This document shows positions 38,688-48,862 of a stretch of DNA of 64,000 bases, one piece after another (the stretch's first letter is position 1; each line of letters starts with the position of its first letter). Where the stretch lies: IMG/VR virus record IMGVR_UViG_3300049988_000124, positions 243,822 to 307,821 of that record; one strand, written 5' to 3'. A program made the translations under genes and the position numbers. The stretch comes from a virus. Lineage: Duplodnaviria > Caudoviricetes. Under the pieces are notes generated by a model. That model saw only the letters and a list, made by a program, of their open reading frames with translations. It was not told the origin of the DNA and did no database searches.

Positions 38688-39366
38688 TCCTACCTCCTCG
38701 GTAGTGGATTTCATCGACGAGTTTAGACAGATCGTAGAAATTGTCAGCAGCACGAGCAAGTGACTTGCTCATCCCCTTCCAATTCTCACCACTAATCCCC
38801 AGTACCGATACCCGTCGAATAGGATCCTCCTGAAGCTCGTGAACGAGCGGCACGAAGTCCCCGTCGCAGGTACCGATAATCACGTGCGTGAATCCATGTG
38901 AGAGTTTCATGGCCGAGATTGCGATCTCGATATCCATGTTACCCTTCATGACCTGTCGACCGTCATCACCGGTGTAGTTGATCAGGTCACGGTTGATGAT
39001 GTCGTACCCTACATCGTTCATGTACTTGAGCCAGTCGAGTGCTTCTGGATCATCACGGTCCACTGCACTGAAGGCGGCAGCGTAGCGAAGATCACACCTG
39101 GCTCTTAGGATGTTGATGAGGCGAAGATAGTCGATACGAAAGTTGTTGTCGCGCGACCGACGGTATAGATTGTTGATGTCGAGTAAGAGGGCCGTCGGCT
39201 CGTGGAGCTTCAGGCCCGGAAGGGCTTCATTGATTGCTAGTTCGGAGTGCACGGTGCGCACGACGGCCTGGCTAACATGAGCGGGTGGGGTGATTTCTAC
39301 GATCTCGCGACCTGGTGCCTCGAACGATGCATCGGGTGGCTCGTGAAGAGCGTGATCCGTATTCAT
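38680..39366 (-). CDS. NYN/LabA/DUF88 (PIN-like) domain protein
   Basis: LLDINNLY, KGNMDIEIA, GTCDGDFVPLV, V.VLG, S..LARAADNFYDL. Confidence 0.88.
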   Translation of the reverse strand: MNTDHALHEPPDASFEAPGREIVEITPPAHVSQAVVRTVHSELAINEALPGLKLHEPTALLLDINNLYRRSRDNNFRIDYLRLINILRARCDLRYAAAFSAVDRDDPEALDWLKYMNDVGYDIINRDLINYTGDDGRQVMKGNMDIEIAISAMKLSHGFTHVIIGTCDGDFVPLVHELQEDPIRRVSVLGISGENWKGMSKSLARAADNFYDLSKLVDEIHYRGGRNG

Positions 39367-39423
39367 AAGCTGCTCCTAAGTGTAGCTACGCTGAATCTTT
39401 CTCCTCTCGTATGAGTTAAGATG

Positions 39424-40917
39424 TCAGATGGTGCGATGCTTGAATGTCTTTGCACGAGACCCCAGCAAAAGCGCGCGCTTCTGATGCACGCGGGCGTGCG
39501 CTGGGATGGACATGAACGACACGTAGCAATACTCCGGTGTGTTGAGCATTTGGGGAGGACCGCGAAGACGCCCAATGAACTGAAGGTTGCGTGTCTCAGA
39601 GTCAACACTCTCGAACACGAAACACGTCCTTAGGCCCTTGATGTCACGACCTGTTCCACTACTACCTGGAGTGGACAAGATCATGTCATATTCCTTTAGC
39701 ACCGACTCAGGAACACCTGAGTAGAATGCAATCACCTTCTTATCGGGAAACTGTCTGGCAAAGATGTTCACCAGATGGTCACACAATTTGGTGGAGGAAC
39801 ACAAGAACAAGAACTTCTCGCCTGGTTGGGCGATGTTGATGTAATGTTCGCGGATGATGGGGATGAAGGCGTCTTGTACTAGATTATCCAGTATCTTACG
39901 ACCACGGTTCAGTAGCCACTTCTCGAAGATCTGTTGGCTATAGCCTCTAGGACTCTGATAAGCGAAGGTCTGGATAAATGGACTACGATATTGATACGCG
40001 GTCACAGCCACGTACTTCTCGTAGTCTCCCCCATAGAACTGAACCTCTCGGGGTACAAATTTATCAAATACAGACTTGACGAAAGGATCACTCGCCAAGA
40101 AGGTGGCGGTGATAGGAATGAAGAGAGCGGGATTGAGCATGATCCCGATCAGGAAGTTCGTGTAGAAATGCTCGTGGTACTCATCGGTACCAACGATACC
40201 GATCCCCAGCTGCTCACACATCAACGACGGATGCGGGAGATGTTGATAGGTGGGACCATATTCGATGTAATTGCGAATGGTCTTAGCCGAGGCTAGGATG
40301 ACCTTGGGAAAGATCGTCTTGTCAATCTGCGTGAACAACTTCGTGAGCGAGGCAACGCCTGCCACGATATAGATGTCGTCGGGATCAACAGTGGTATAGG
40401 CACCGAACTCGCGCACCCACTGATCAAGCCGTGAGGTCATGGTCGTGAGTGAGCGAACACCTAGCTTTTGTAGAGACCAGATATAGGCAACGGTTTTACC
40501 CTTACCTGTCTGGAGCGCCACTGCTCGCTGTGACCCGCCTTCCTCCTTCGTCAAGAACTCCACGCAACCACGCTGTGCATCGTTCTTATAGTCGATGTGG
40601 GGAAGCATCAAGAACTCGACGTCCTTGCCTTTCTCCGCAGGCCTGACCTTGTTGGTCCACGTGACGTGATTGGCCTTCAGGAAGTCCTGGAAACCCTCCA
40701 AGTCATAGCGCGGGAAGTAGCAGGTCTCGTGATCGATGTCGAAGTAGAAATACTCTCCTACCACGACCCGGTACCCGAGCTGCTGGTCGTATTGAATGTT
40801 CTTGAAACGCTGAACGTAGTTACTGATGTAGATGTGGGGAGCATCTAAGAGCTCCCCACGCTTATTCACCTTAACGCTGAACCCTAAGGTCGTCAGCGTA
40901 ATTGCCACTGTTGCCAT
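39424..40917 (-). CDS. SF2 helicase (phiKZ gp75-like)
   Basis: LQTGKGKT, DEYH, TAT, GTGRDI, QFIGRLR; position after the beta' gene. Confidence 0.85.
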   Translation of the reverse strand: MATVAITLTTLGFSVKVNKRGELLDAPHIYISNYVQRFKNIQYDQQLGYRVVVGEYFYFDIDHETCYFPRYDLEGFQDFLKANHVTWTNKVRPAEKGKDVEFLMLPHIDYKNDAQRGCVEFLTKEEGGSQRAVALQTGKGKTVAYIWSLQKLGVRSLTTMTSRLDQWVREFGAYTTVDPDDIYIVAGVASLTKLFTQIDKTIFPKVILASAKTIRNYIEYGPTYQHLPHPSLMCEQLGIGIVGTDEYHEHFYTNFLIGIMLNPALFIPITATFLASDPFVKSVFDKFVPREVQFYGGDYEKYVAVTAYQYRSPFIQTFAYQSPRGYSQQIFEKWLLNRGRKILDNLVQDAFIPIIREHYINIAQPGEKFLFLCSSTKLCDHLVNIFARQFPDKKVIAFYSGVPESVLKEYDMILSTPGSSGTGRDIKGLRTCFVFESVDSETRNLQFIGRLRGPPQMLNTPEYCYVSFMSIPAHARVHQKRALLLGSRAKTFKHRTI

Positions 40918-40979
40918 GATCCTCATCACCTTTCTGGTTAGTCAGTGGTAAGAAAAACAGCAGGTGCTAGTTTAACCAC

Positions 40980-42977
40980 TTAATCGATGGGTTCCATCTG
41001 GACCGGTGAACCTGTCACCACGGGCCACACATCGTCACGACTGATGATATCGTGATACCCCATAAATTCGTCCATGATTCCGTGCAACTTTGGAATCATA
41101 TACGTTGCTGGGTTGTTCGTCGCCTGATCGATATTCTGATAAGCGAGAAGCGCACCAATGGAGCGCATCGGAATGATGCGGTTAAGGGAGCCGAACATGA
41201 CATTGTCAGGATCGGTCACGACGGGAACGTGGAAGTCATTGCGACTGGTGATCAAGCATGAGCGCACCAGGCATGACATGTGGGTGACGTGGGTTGGAAC
41301 CTTGCCCTCTTCCCAGACCAGGCGGCTGAGCTGCGCCATGAAGTGGTTGAGGGACTTGTAAGTCTCCACCTTCTTGGTGATGAGATCCGTGAAGTTCTTC
41401 ACGAACCGGCGAATGCTGTTGTTCACCACCGTGCACTGCATGACCGGCAGATTGGGGTCGATGTTGCGCAAGACCAACCAGTCGAGACCATCCTGCTTGA
41501 TGATGTCTTTGCGACTGTTCTTCAGAAGATTCAAGATCTCCGAGGAGAGATGGGGATAGTTGTTGGAATCCCCCTTCATCGCGGTCCTGGCCGTTACCCT
41601 GGTGATCGTCCCATCGGGTTTCAAGTGACCCACCGACATGTACTTGATCTCGGAGAAATATGCTCCGTGGAGCTCACCCTCGTCGACGATATACTTGAGG
41701 TCGTTGATCCTCGAGATATCACCTGGCTGGAAGCCGAAGGCGAGTGTCCCGATCGTCTTTCTAACCGCAGGCACCAGGTAGATGTCATTGGTCACCGAGT
41801 GCAGGAGGTTCTGCAGCTCGTCAGGGATATTGTACTCGGCTGCATTGGTCGTCGTCAGATGCTTGGTCGAGAGCACCTGCTGTGCAACAGGAGCACCAGT
41901 GTTGACGTTTGCCAGGAAGCCGACGTTGCCGTTCTTGGAGAACGACTTGGTAATCGTACCACCACAAGTCTCGCAATACCCATCGGTCCACAGACACATG
42001 GGAACATCGCGCATCTTCAAGGTCTTGCCGATTACCTCAGCGAAACGCTCACGCGTCAGCTCGATGAGTTCACCGTTTAGACCAAAGTAGAACTTACCCA
42101 GGTACCGCTCCACCGTACGGTGGTTAGGTGTGTAGGTCATGTAACCAGTGGAGCCACAATCACCCGGATACAGGCGCCAGCTGGCACTGCTCTGGATGTG
42201 GATCTTGCGGTTGTTATACTGGGTCAGCGCCATCTGCGACTTATTGTAGTGCGTCGCCTTCGAGGCCGAGCGGCTCTCCAGTGCCATGTCGACGATGTCG
42301 GTCATGCCCGACAAGAAGCCACCACGGACGGGTCGGCGGAAGAGATGGTCATCGGTATCCGTGCGCGGCCCCGCCGACATCACGAACTGAACGAACTGGC
42401 CCTCCTTTAGTGCACCGCACAACAGAGGTGCCCGGAAGACATTGACCGGAAGACGCGTGCTCTTCAGGGTCTCGATGACCTTGGCTGCCTGCGTCTTGAA
42501 GATGTCCTCCATCCGGTTGATGTTACCATCATCGATGTCGCCGTAGTCGATCGTACAGACCGCCCTGGCTTCAGGATGACTCAAGGTCTCCGCGATGCCG
42601 AAGATGTCCATGGTCTGGACGTGGTCACCCAGATGCGTGTAGCACATATTGTGTGCATTCATCACCGTCTGGATCATGTCATGACCCAGTTCCTCTCGGG
42701 TGTAGCCCATATCCTCCAGCGTCTGACTGATGACGGTCAAGACACGAGCATGCGAGGCGGCACCGTAGATCTCATCGACGTGTAGGTGTTTACGACTGAT
42801 GGGACGCATACGGTTGGTAAGCGGCATGGTGAGAAGAATGTTCAGCAGCATGTCGGAGCCGTAGAGTTCTACGTTACCATCGACACATTCGAGAGTGAAA
42901 AGATCGTTTGCTCGTTCTATGAAATACGTACGCCAATCTTCGGTGCGAGCTCTTTGTGGATCGTACAGTTCTGACAT
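40980..42977 (-). CDS. non-virion RNA polymerase beta'-like subunit, C-terminal part (phiKZ gp74-like)
   Basis: GDCGS, C..TDGYCETCG Zn site, trigger-loop QQVLSTKH; synteny. Confidence 0.85.
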   Translation of the reverse strand: MSELYDPQRARTEDWRTYFIERANDLFTLECVDGNVELYGSDMLLNILLTMPLTNRMRPISRKHLHVDEIYGAASHARVLTVISQTLEDMGYTREELGHDMIQTVMNAHNMCYTHLGDHVQTMDIFGIAETLSHPEARAVCTIDYGDIDDGNINRMEDIFKTQAAKVIETLKSTRLPVNVFRAPLLCGALKEGQFVQFVMSAGPRTDTDDHLFRRPVRGGFLSGMTDIVDMALESRSASKATHYNKSQMALTQYNNRKIHIQSSASWRLYPGDCGSTGYMTYTPNHRTVERYLGKFYFGLNGELIELTRERFAEVIGKTLKMRDVPMCLWTDGYCETCGGTITKSFSKNGNVGFLANVNTGAPVAQQVLSTKHLTTTNAAEYNIPDELQNLLHSVTNDIYLVPAVRKTIGTLAFGFQPGDISRINDLKYIVDEGELHGAYFSEIKYMSVGHLKPDGTITRVTARTAMKGDSNNYPHLSSEILNLLKNSRKDIIKQDGLDWLVLRNIDPNLPVMQCTVVNNSIRRFVKNFTDLITKKVETYKSLNHFMAQLSRLVWEEGKVPTHVTHMSCLVRSCLITSRNDFHVPVVTDPDNVMFGSLNRIIPMRSIGALLAYQNIDQATNNPATYMIPKLHGIMDEFMGYHDIISRDDVWPVVTGSPVQMEPID

Positions 42978-43059
42978 GGGTAGGATCCTCCTTTATGTAT
43001 TCTTACACAATGAGGGGGAAAGCCTATTCTCTCCCCCTCGTGAACGTACTAGCACCGTG

Positions 43060-45432
43060 TTAGTCGACCTGACTCTCGATCTCATCCAAGGTCTCAAGCT
43101 CGAGATCCAAGGCTTCATCGTCAGTGTCGTTCTCCATCTCCTCGAGCATGCGCTGGATCTTCTCCTTCTTCTGGGTCGAGCGCTTGGTAACGCCACCCTT
43201 CAAGTCAGGAGCATCGGGATCCTTGATCGAGACGATGTCGGTCTTCCAGATTGCATCGGTCAGCTCTTTCGACTCAGCCAGCAACTGGAAGAGGTTGTTC
43301 GTGAGCGTGTCATCGCGCGTGCCCCTGGTCTCCACACCCAGCGTTGCTGAGGTATTGTGGAAGAGGTTCAGAATCGCACTAGTCTCCGCCAGCTTACCGT
43401 TACTGATCGGAATGCGCTTCACGCGAGTGGGCTGCTCGGTCAGGAGGATAGTCCTGATCGTTGTCTCCACACCCAGAGGGGAATTGGCCAGAAGGTTCTG
43501 GAACCGAGTAACCTCGCGAATGTCCGAGTCCATGCTCATGACGCGCAGCTCGTCCTCACCGTAGCGATAAGGATTGACCGACACCGGATAGTCCTTGCCC
43601 GAGAAGGTAGCCTTGGTCGGCACACCGATGTGGTTAACCGATGCTGGTCCAGGTGCGAACTGTTCCGGGATCTTGTGCAACTGGAAGATGTACTTGGAAC
43701 CAATCGAGAACAAGGCCTGGGTCTTGAACTGCTTATAGGTTCCATCTGCCTGCAGCGAACTGTAGGTCACAGGCGAGGGACGCACCCCCCACTTCTCTGC
43801 CCACAAGCGCATGTTGGTGAGCGCATTCCAGAAGTCATCGTCACTGGGCGTGAGCTTATCGAGGAAGGGAGGGACGTGGACCTTGGGTCCAGTCTTGATT
43901 GCATCATCGACTAGGCCCTGCTTGTCCAGCTGGGTGGTGAACTTGCCGCGCACCAGGCGAGCGTAATTGGGGTTCACGTCATTGAACCAGTCCGTCAGTG
44001 TGGTGAATGCTGCATCCACCCCGACTTCTTCCCGCTTGGCCTGGACTGCACGCCGGACGAACTCACCGATCCGGTTGAAGCCCGTCTCATAGAGCTGACC
44101 TGGATTGTTACGACCAACAGGCGAGTTCATGTCGATCATCATGTCGGCACGAATACCGAACTCGTCGACGGGCATGCACTCATCTGGATAGACGACGCCG
44201 ACGACGCCCTTTGCACCAGACTGATCGGTGAGCTTACTTCCCTTACTCACCAGACGCGGCACCGTGTAGGTCACGATTGCCTGCATGAAGTCGATCGGCT
44301 GACCACTACCACCCTCGACCTCGAAGTTGCGTGCCGCCTTCTTGAAGTACTGAGAGATGACCGGGTGATCACTGCCTTGTGCAATCATGCGGTAAAGAGA
44401 CGTGCGCACCAGCGTTGACATCTTAGGCGTGAGCTTATACTTGTCACGCACCGACATGTACGTGTTGTAGATGTCTTCCCAACACTTCAGATTGTTTCCG
44501 ATGTAGCGCTTGGCCTGATCGTAGCAACCATTGGTCTTGGTGTAGTTACGATTAAAGGTCAGGTCCAAGATCTTGGCTCCGGCCTCTACGTAAATGATCT
44601 CGTCCTGTAGGGGCAGGGGCTCACGAATGGCCCTGGGGTCAGTGTCCGCCAACACTGTGGTATAGTGAACCGGACGGAACGCACAGAGCGCACCGTCTTC
44701 CCGAACTGTTCCACCAATATCAGGCAAGAACAAGTCAGCGTGCTCGTTGCCGTTAAGGTTGAGCGGCCTGCGATCCATCCGGCAGTTGATGACCTTCTGG
44801 GTCACCTGCTGGGTCTGGAGCTTGCGAGCAAAGCTCTCGGAGATCACGAAGGCGTCCTCGATAGTCTCGGGGAACGATCCGTAGATCACATTGCCGTTCA
44901 CACCCAAGCAATATTGGTTACCGCGCACTGCCGGTGAGTGCGTGATCACGGTATCCTTGCTGAGGAATTCCTCAGGAACGATCTGCTTGATGCTCGGCTC
45001 AATCGTGGGGATCCAGCCAAAGTCGTTGCTACCCATGAAGTAACGATCGATGGTGAAATAGTCTAGACGGCGAACGCCGTTTGGTTCGTGTGTCAAAACC
45101 AGAACAAAGAATTGCGGGCACAGGTTGCTGGCGATCAGGGGAATCCGATACTTCGGAATCACAGCCAAGATCTCGCAGTCATGCTCACGACGCGATGGAT
45201 TGAATGTATAATCGATGAACTTCTGCTCAACCCCCGAGAACGCTTTATTGAATTCGGGTTCTGCCACAATCATAGTTTGGGGCAAGTGATGATTGAACAT
45301 CGACACACGAGGTGCTGAGTTAAACTGTACGAACGGCGACAAGATGTTGGGGAAACCCAACAGCTCCATGCGCGCCTTCATGTTATCCAAATAAGGGAAT
45401 TCGTTGGATCCTAGGTAAGGGGAGTCCGCCAT
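43060..45432 (-). CDS. non-virion RNA polymerase beta-like subunit (phiKZ gp71-73-like)
   Basis: R.SMF.HHL.Q, ETIEDA..IS, GSKLTDQSGAKGV, RYGEDE. Confidence 0.88.
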   Translation of the reverse strand: MADSPYLGSNEFPYLDNMKARMELLGFPNILSPFVQFNSAPRVSMFNHHLPQTMIVAEPEFNKAFSGVEQKFIDYTFNPSRREHDCEILAVIPKYRIPLIASNLCPQFFVLVLTHEPNGVRRLDYFTIDRYFMGSNDFGWIPTIEPSIKQIVPEEFLSKDTVITHSPAVRGNQYCLGVNGNVIYGSFPETIEDAFVISESFARKLQTQQVTQKVINCRMDRRPLNLNGNEHADLFLPDIGGTVREDGALCAFRPVHYTTVLADTDPRAIREPLPLQDEIIYVEAGAKILDLTFNRNYTKTNGCYDQAKRYIGNNLKCWEDIYNTYMSVRDKYKLTPKMSTLVRTSLYRMIAQGSDHPVISQYFKKAARNFEVEGGSGQPIDFMQAIVTYTVPRLVSKGSKLTDQSGAKGVVGVVYPDECMPVDEFGIRADMMIDMNSPVGRNNPGQLYETGFNRIGEFVRRAVQAKREEVGVDAAFTTLTDWFNDVNPNYARLVRGKFTTQLDKQGLVDDAIKTGPKVHVPPFLDKLTPSDDDFWNALTNMRLWAEKWGVRPSPVTYSSLQADGTYKQFKTQALFSIGSKYIFQLHKIPEQFAPGPASVNHIGVPTKATFSGKDYPVSVNPYRYGEDELRVMSMDSDIREVTRFQNLLANSPLGVETTIRTILLTEQPTRVKRIPISNGKLAETSAILNLFHNTSATLGVETRGTRDDTLTNNLFQLLAESKELTDAIWKTDIVSIKDPDAPDLKGGVTKRSTQKKEKIQRMLEEMENDTDDEALDLELETLDEIESQVD

Positions 45433-45481
45433 GTATAAAAACCCTTTCCTCTGTGTGTAAAACAGCGCACTGTTCACGTTA

Positions 45482-45489
45482 GTAATATA
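45482..45489 (-). promoter_or_regulatory. phiKZ-type early promoter core TATATTAC
   Basis: gtaatatatcggt on + strand, 50 nt upstream of the RNAP beta-like start. Confidence 0.7.
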
Positions 45490-45575
45490 TCGGTACAAAC
45501 TTCGTGAACAATCACAGCATGACCACCTCAAGTATATTTATTTCGACCCTTTTCTGTTTCAACAAGGAAAACACC

Positions 45576-45911
45576 GTGAGTCTGTCACAACTTCTCGCCA
45601 ATGAGCTGAAGAACTCTACCATGTCCGATGACCAGGGACCCTGGCGTCAGTTCATTCTTGATCACCTGGACTATATCGCTAGGCGAACAGCGGTCTACGA
45701 GATCACCAGTCTCCTGATGAACCAGTACCGCTATGACCTAGCCAGGTTCTTGCGCGAGCACATGAGTCTTCGCTCCGACCTCGCCTGGATCGTTATTCTT
45801 CTGAACAACATGTCCACTGACTTGGAATTCGATACGCCCGGTGAGTTCATTATCCCAACAGATGAACTTATCGACCAGCTCTACCATTCCTATACCACCA
45901 AGGCCAGCTGA
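45576..45911 (+). CDS. conserved phiKZ-like small protein (LysM-like/baseplate-associated candidate)
   Basis: GTG start after AAGGA; YRYDL..FL...AWI..LLN pattern. Confidence 0.45.
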   Translation: MSLSQLLANELKNSTMSDDQGPWRQFILDHLDYIARRTAVYEITSLLMNQYRYDLARFLREHMSLRSDLAWIVILLNNMSTDLEFDTPGEFIIPTDELIDQLYHSYTTKAS

Positions 45912-45947
45912 AGATGAGAGGAGGGCATCAGCCCTCCTCTCATCCTG

Positions 45948-46487
45948 TTACTTAACCGGTTTAACGCTGGAGCGAAGAACTGCCTGGATAAAAATCACCA
46001 ACCACACGAAAGGAGTTGCCTTGTGGATGTCTTCCCACGAGATCCTCACCTTATCCTCAGGTACCGGATAAGGTACCATACCGACACTAGTCATCGTGCG
46101 ATTAACTAGGGTGTTGAGGAAACGGCTATCGAAGAGCATTCCAAGTCTGGTGTGAAAATCGATAATGGCGTTAACGGGTAGACCACTGTTACTCTGGAGC
46201 ACTTCCAGGAGGATCAGGTAATTGTCGTTGTTGACCAACCCTCGAAAGTTAGTCCAGGTAATTGCCCAAATCCACGAGGAGGTCTTGTTCTCAGGTACCG
46301 AGGTGAGCTCACCTTCCTGGTTGACAACAATCTCATTGTCGATCGCGAAATTGAGAACGAGATTGAAGATCTTCTCCTGATCAAGACGGTCAGTCTCGGA
46401 GAAATAGTCTAGGAGATAATCATCTTTCGTTGAGGGATTAGCGCGTTCAATGAAAGGCTCGACGTATAGAAAAAGAGGATTAGCCAT
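45948..46487 (-). CDS. hypothetical protein
   Basis: Start overlaps the upstream stop. Confidence 0.6.
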   Translation of the reverse strand: MANPLFLYVEPFIERANPSTKDDYLLDYFSETDRLDQEKIFNLVLNFAIDNEIVVNQEGELTSVPENKTSSWIWAITWTNFRGLVNNDNYLILLEVLQSNSGLPVNAIIDFHTRLGMLFDSRFLNTLVNRTMTSVGMVPYPVPEDKVRISWEDIHKATPFVWLVIFIQAVLRSSVKPVK

Positions 46488-47524
46488 TAGGGGTTCCTGT
46501 AGGGTGGGAACGACATGGTGGTATCAGCAGTGTTGCTAGCATCCTTGACTTGTGACTTCAGCGGGTCACTGATACTTGCAGCCTTATAGTCAGCCCCTGC
46601 TGGTCCCTTTACCGCATTGGCGATACGCGCGGCAGCCGCAACCAGCACACCACCGATCTTGGTGGCGACGCTATTGAGACCAATCACGCCACCGGCTGTG
46701 AGAATGATGTCCTTACCGCTATTCAGAACAATCGACATCGCATTAACGATGATCGTGCCTTTCTTGGCGGTGTTGATAACGGTCAAGGGACTGTTGATCA
46801 CGGCACGTTCACCGATGTCGACGAAGAAGCCTCCTGGAACTTTCAGGAATACATCCTTATCATCGAACTTGAGCGTAGTGCCTGTTGTGAGGTTAACCTG
46901 GAAGGCAGGCTTACCACTAACTGTACCGGTGTCTAGGAAGATACGATTACCAACACCTTCTGAATCGTCTGAGATGTAAAAAGTACCAGCTGCTAGGTCT
47001 GCCTCCAGGGTAAAGGCTGCCGCCTCACCATTTGCTTTGGAGGTTCTCATCCCGACTTTCTTGTTAACGGAGTCGAGGTAGGCAGAGTAGGTATTGTCGT
47101 CGCTCTTCTCGACCCCTTGCTTCTTAGGGTCAATCGCACCGACCTCTATCTGAACGCGGTCCGTGGAGCGGAAGTCACGAGCACTACCGGTCGCGCGCCA
47201 GCGGTACTTATCCTGACCCTCAGTACGCCATACCTCGACGGGCTCACCTTTGCGAACAGAAGGCGGCACGCGGCTATTGCTGATACCATCCCAGGTAGCA
47301 ACGATGTGGTTAGCACTTGTTACACTAGAGGAGATAGCCTTGCCGTCTCTGGTTTGGAGCTTGATAGATTCATCGGTGATACCTGCACCAATGACCCCGG
47401 AGGTAGCATTGGGCATGAGCTCGGGGACGATAACGAGGAGAATGGTCGAATTCTCTTCCTTGTCTTCGGCAGCAATCCCTCGGTATACCCCGTAAGGATT
47501 CGTGTTGATCGGTGATTTTTGCAT
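46487..47524 (-). CDS. putative baseplate central spike (gp5/VgrG OB-fold plus beta-helix-like)
   Basis: N-terminal NHIVATW..SNSRVPP.VRKGE.V; C-terminal short beta-strand repeats. Confidence 0.5.
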   Translation of the reverse strand: MQKSPINTNPYGVYRGIAAEDKEENSTILLVIVPELMPNATSGVIGAGITDESIKLQTRDGKAISSSVTSANHIVATWDGISNSRVPPSVRKGEPVEVWRTEGQDKYRWRATGSARDFRSTDRVQIEVGAIDPKKQGVEKSDDNTYSAYLDSVNKKVGMRTSKANGEAAAFTLEADLAAGTFYISDDSEGVGNRIFLDTGTVSGKPAFQVNLTTGTTLKFDDKDVFLKVPGGFFVDIGERAVINSPLTVINTAKKGTIIVNAMSIVLNSGKDIILTAGGVIGLNSVATKIGGVLVAAAARIANAVKGPAGADYKAASISDPLKSQVKDASNTADTTMSFPPYRNP

Positions 47525-47625
47525 CGTTGATCTCAATACTAACGTGATTCGTCAATAGCATTTCGTCAACAATTGTTGTACTAAACTGTGCCAAAAAATA
47601 AAGGGGGATGACCAGTCCCCCTTAC

Positions 47626-48783
47626 CTATCCGTGCCAACCTACCGACAATGTCGACAAGGCGAGCGTCGGAAAGGATGAGTAATAGCACACGTAGCGATC
47701 GTGCACTTGGTCGTGGAAGGTGATCTCCACCTCGTCGTAGATGTTCTTACTGATGTTGATCGAGGACCTGTCCTTACTCGACATGTTGTACATGAACTCA
47801 CTGTAATCAATTAAGTGCAAGCGGCAGTAGTTAACCAGGCACTCATCCATGATCACTTTGATTGCCTGCTTCATGCGCTCCCAGCTAAAACCACCCATTA
47901 CCGAGTAACTGTCCTCGTAGTAACTAGCCAGCCAGCAATCGGTGTGGCCTTCCAGTACATCGAAGAGGGACGCGGTGATCTGAAACTTGGTCGGGGTCAA
48001 GGACATGATGTTCATCACTTGCCCACTGAAGGCGGGGTGATTGAGCTCTACCCGCATCCCTCTTGCCTCAACGGCGAATTGAACATTCTCCCACCGAAAC
48101 CATTTGTCACGAGGTATCTGAATGTTGGGATGTTCAACTGGAATCTCGCTAAAGGGTGAGCGGTGGAAGCGTCCATTGAGGAGTGCTTGCATGACCCCTG
48201 GCGTATATGCATATATTGGGTAGTAAGCGTGCGCTAGACGCTTGTTAAGAACATCTGGCCCCAACTCCAAGGCTTGCGTGAAAGCCACCTGTAAGAGGTT
48301 TAAATCAAGAATAGGAGGCACTAGGTTCTCAACCGGGTTATAGACGGTGAGGGAACTGATTCCTCCTGATCCTAGCGAGGGTAGACGATTACCTAGCAAG
48401 AAGTGACTGATCGGAAGCAGGCGGTGTGGTCCAACATGGTAATAGCGAACCGCATCGAGTGATACAGCCATCCTGACCGCTGAGGAACTAATCACCTTGG
48501 TGTAGAGGCATACCGCATCTGTTTCTTCTAGGTTATGCTCCATGGAGAACACGGTCTCGAAGACGTGGGTGGAATCATCGGACACGTGAATGGCTTTGAA
48601 CAGATTACTGGGCGTCTTGTTGATCTTCGCGCCAACATTCAACCGGTCACCGTAGATCGGTAATCCCTGCCACACGACGGTGCGTGGATTGTGATAATCG
48701 TTCGTTTCCCCGTTGGTGATGGTGTGTTGACGGTCGATAGGAATGCCAAATGCAGGTGGCATCCTGAGAATATCAATCAGCAT
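47626..48783 (-). CDS. conserved phiKZ-like core protein (gp70 position)
   Basis: 385 aa; synteny within the nvRNAP block. Confidence 0.5.
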   Translation of the reverse strand: MLIDILRMPPAFGIPIDRQHTITNGETNDYHNPRTVVWQGLPIYGDRLNVGAKINKTPSNLFKAIHVSDDSTHVFETVFSMEHNLEETDAVCLYTKVISSSAVRMAVSLDAVRYYHVGPHRLLPISHFLLGNRLPSLGSGGISSLTVYNPVENLVPPILDLNLLQVAFTQALELGPDVLNKRLAHAYYPIYAYTPGVMQALLNGRFHRSPFSEIPVEHPNIQIPRDKWFRWENVQFAVEARGMRVELNHPAFSGQVMNIMSLTPTKFQITASLFDVLEGHTDCWLASYYEDSYSVMGGFSWERMKQAIKVIMDECLVNYCRLHLIDYSEFMYNMSSKDRSSINISKNIYDEVEITFHDQVHDRYVCYYSSFPTLALSTLSVGWHG

Positions 48784-48862
48784 GATAGCCTGCCTTTGTG
48801 TGTAAAAATAAACAGAGAAGTAGAGAGGAGGGTCTGACCCTCCTCTCTAGCCACGCACGTTA

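Noticed and set aside
43060-45432. Intron or homing endonuclease splitting the RNAP beta-like gene as in phiKZ
   Set aside because: The reading frame is continuous with no inserted nuclease
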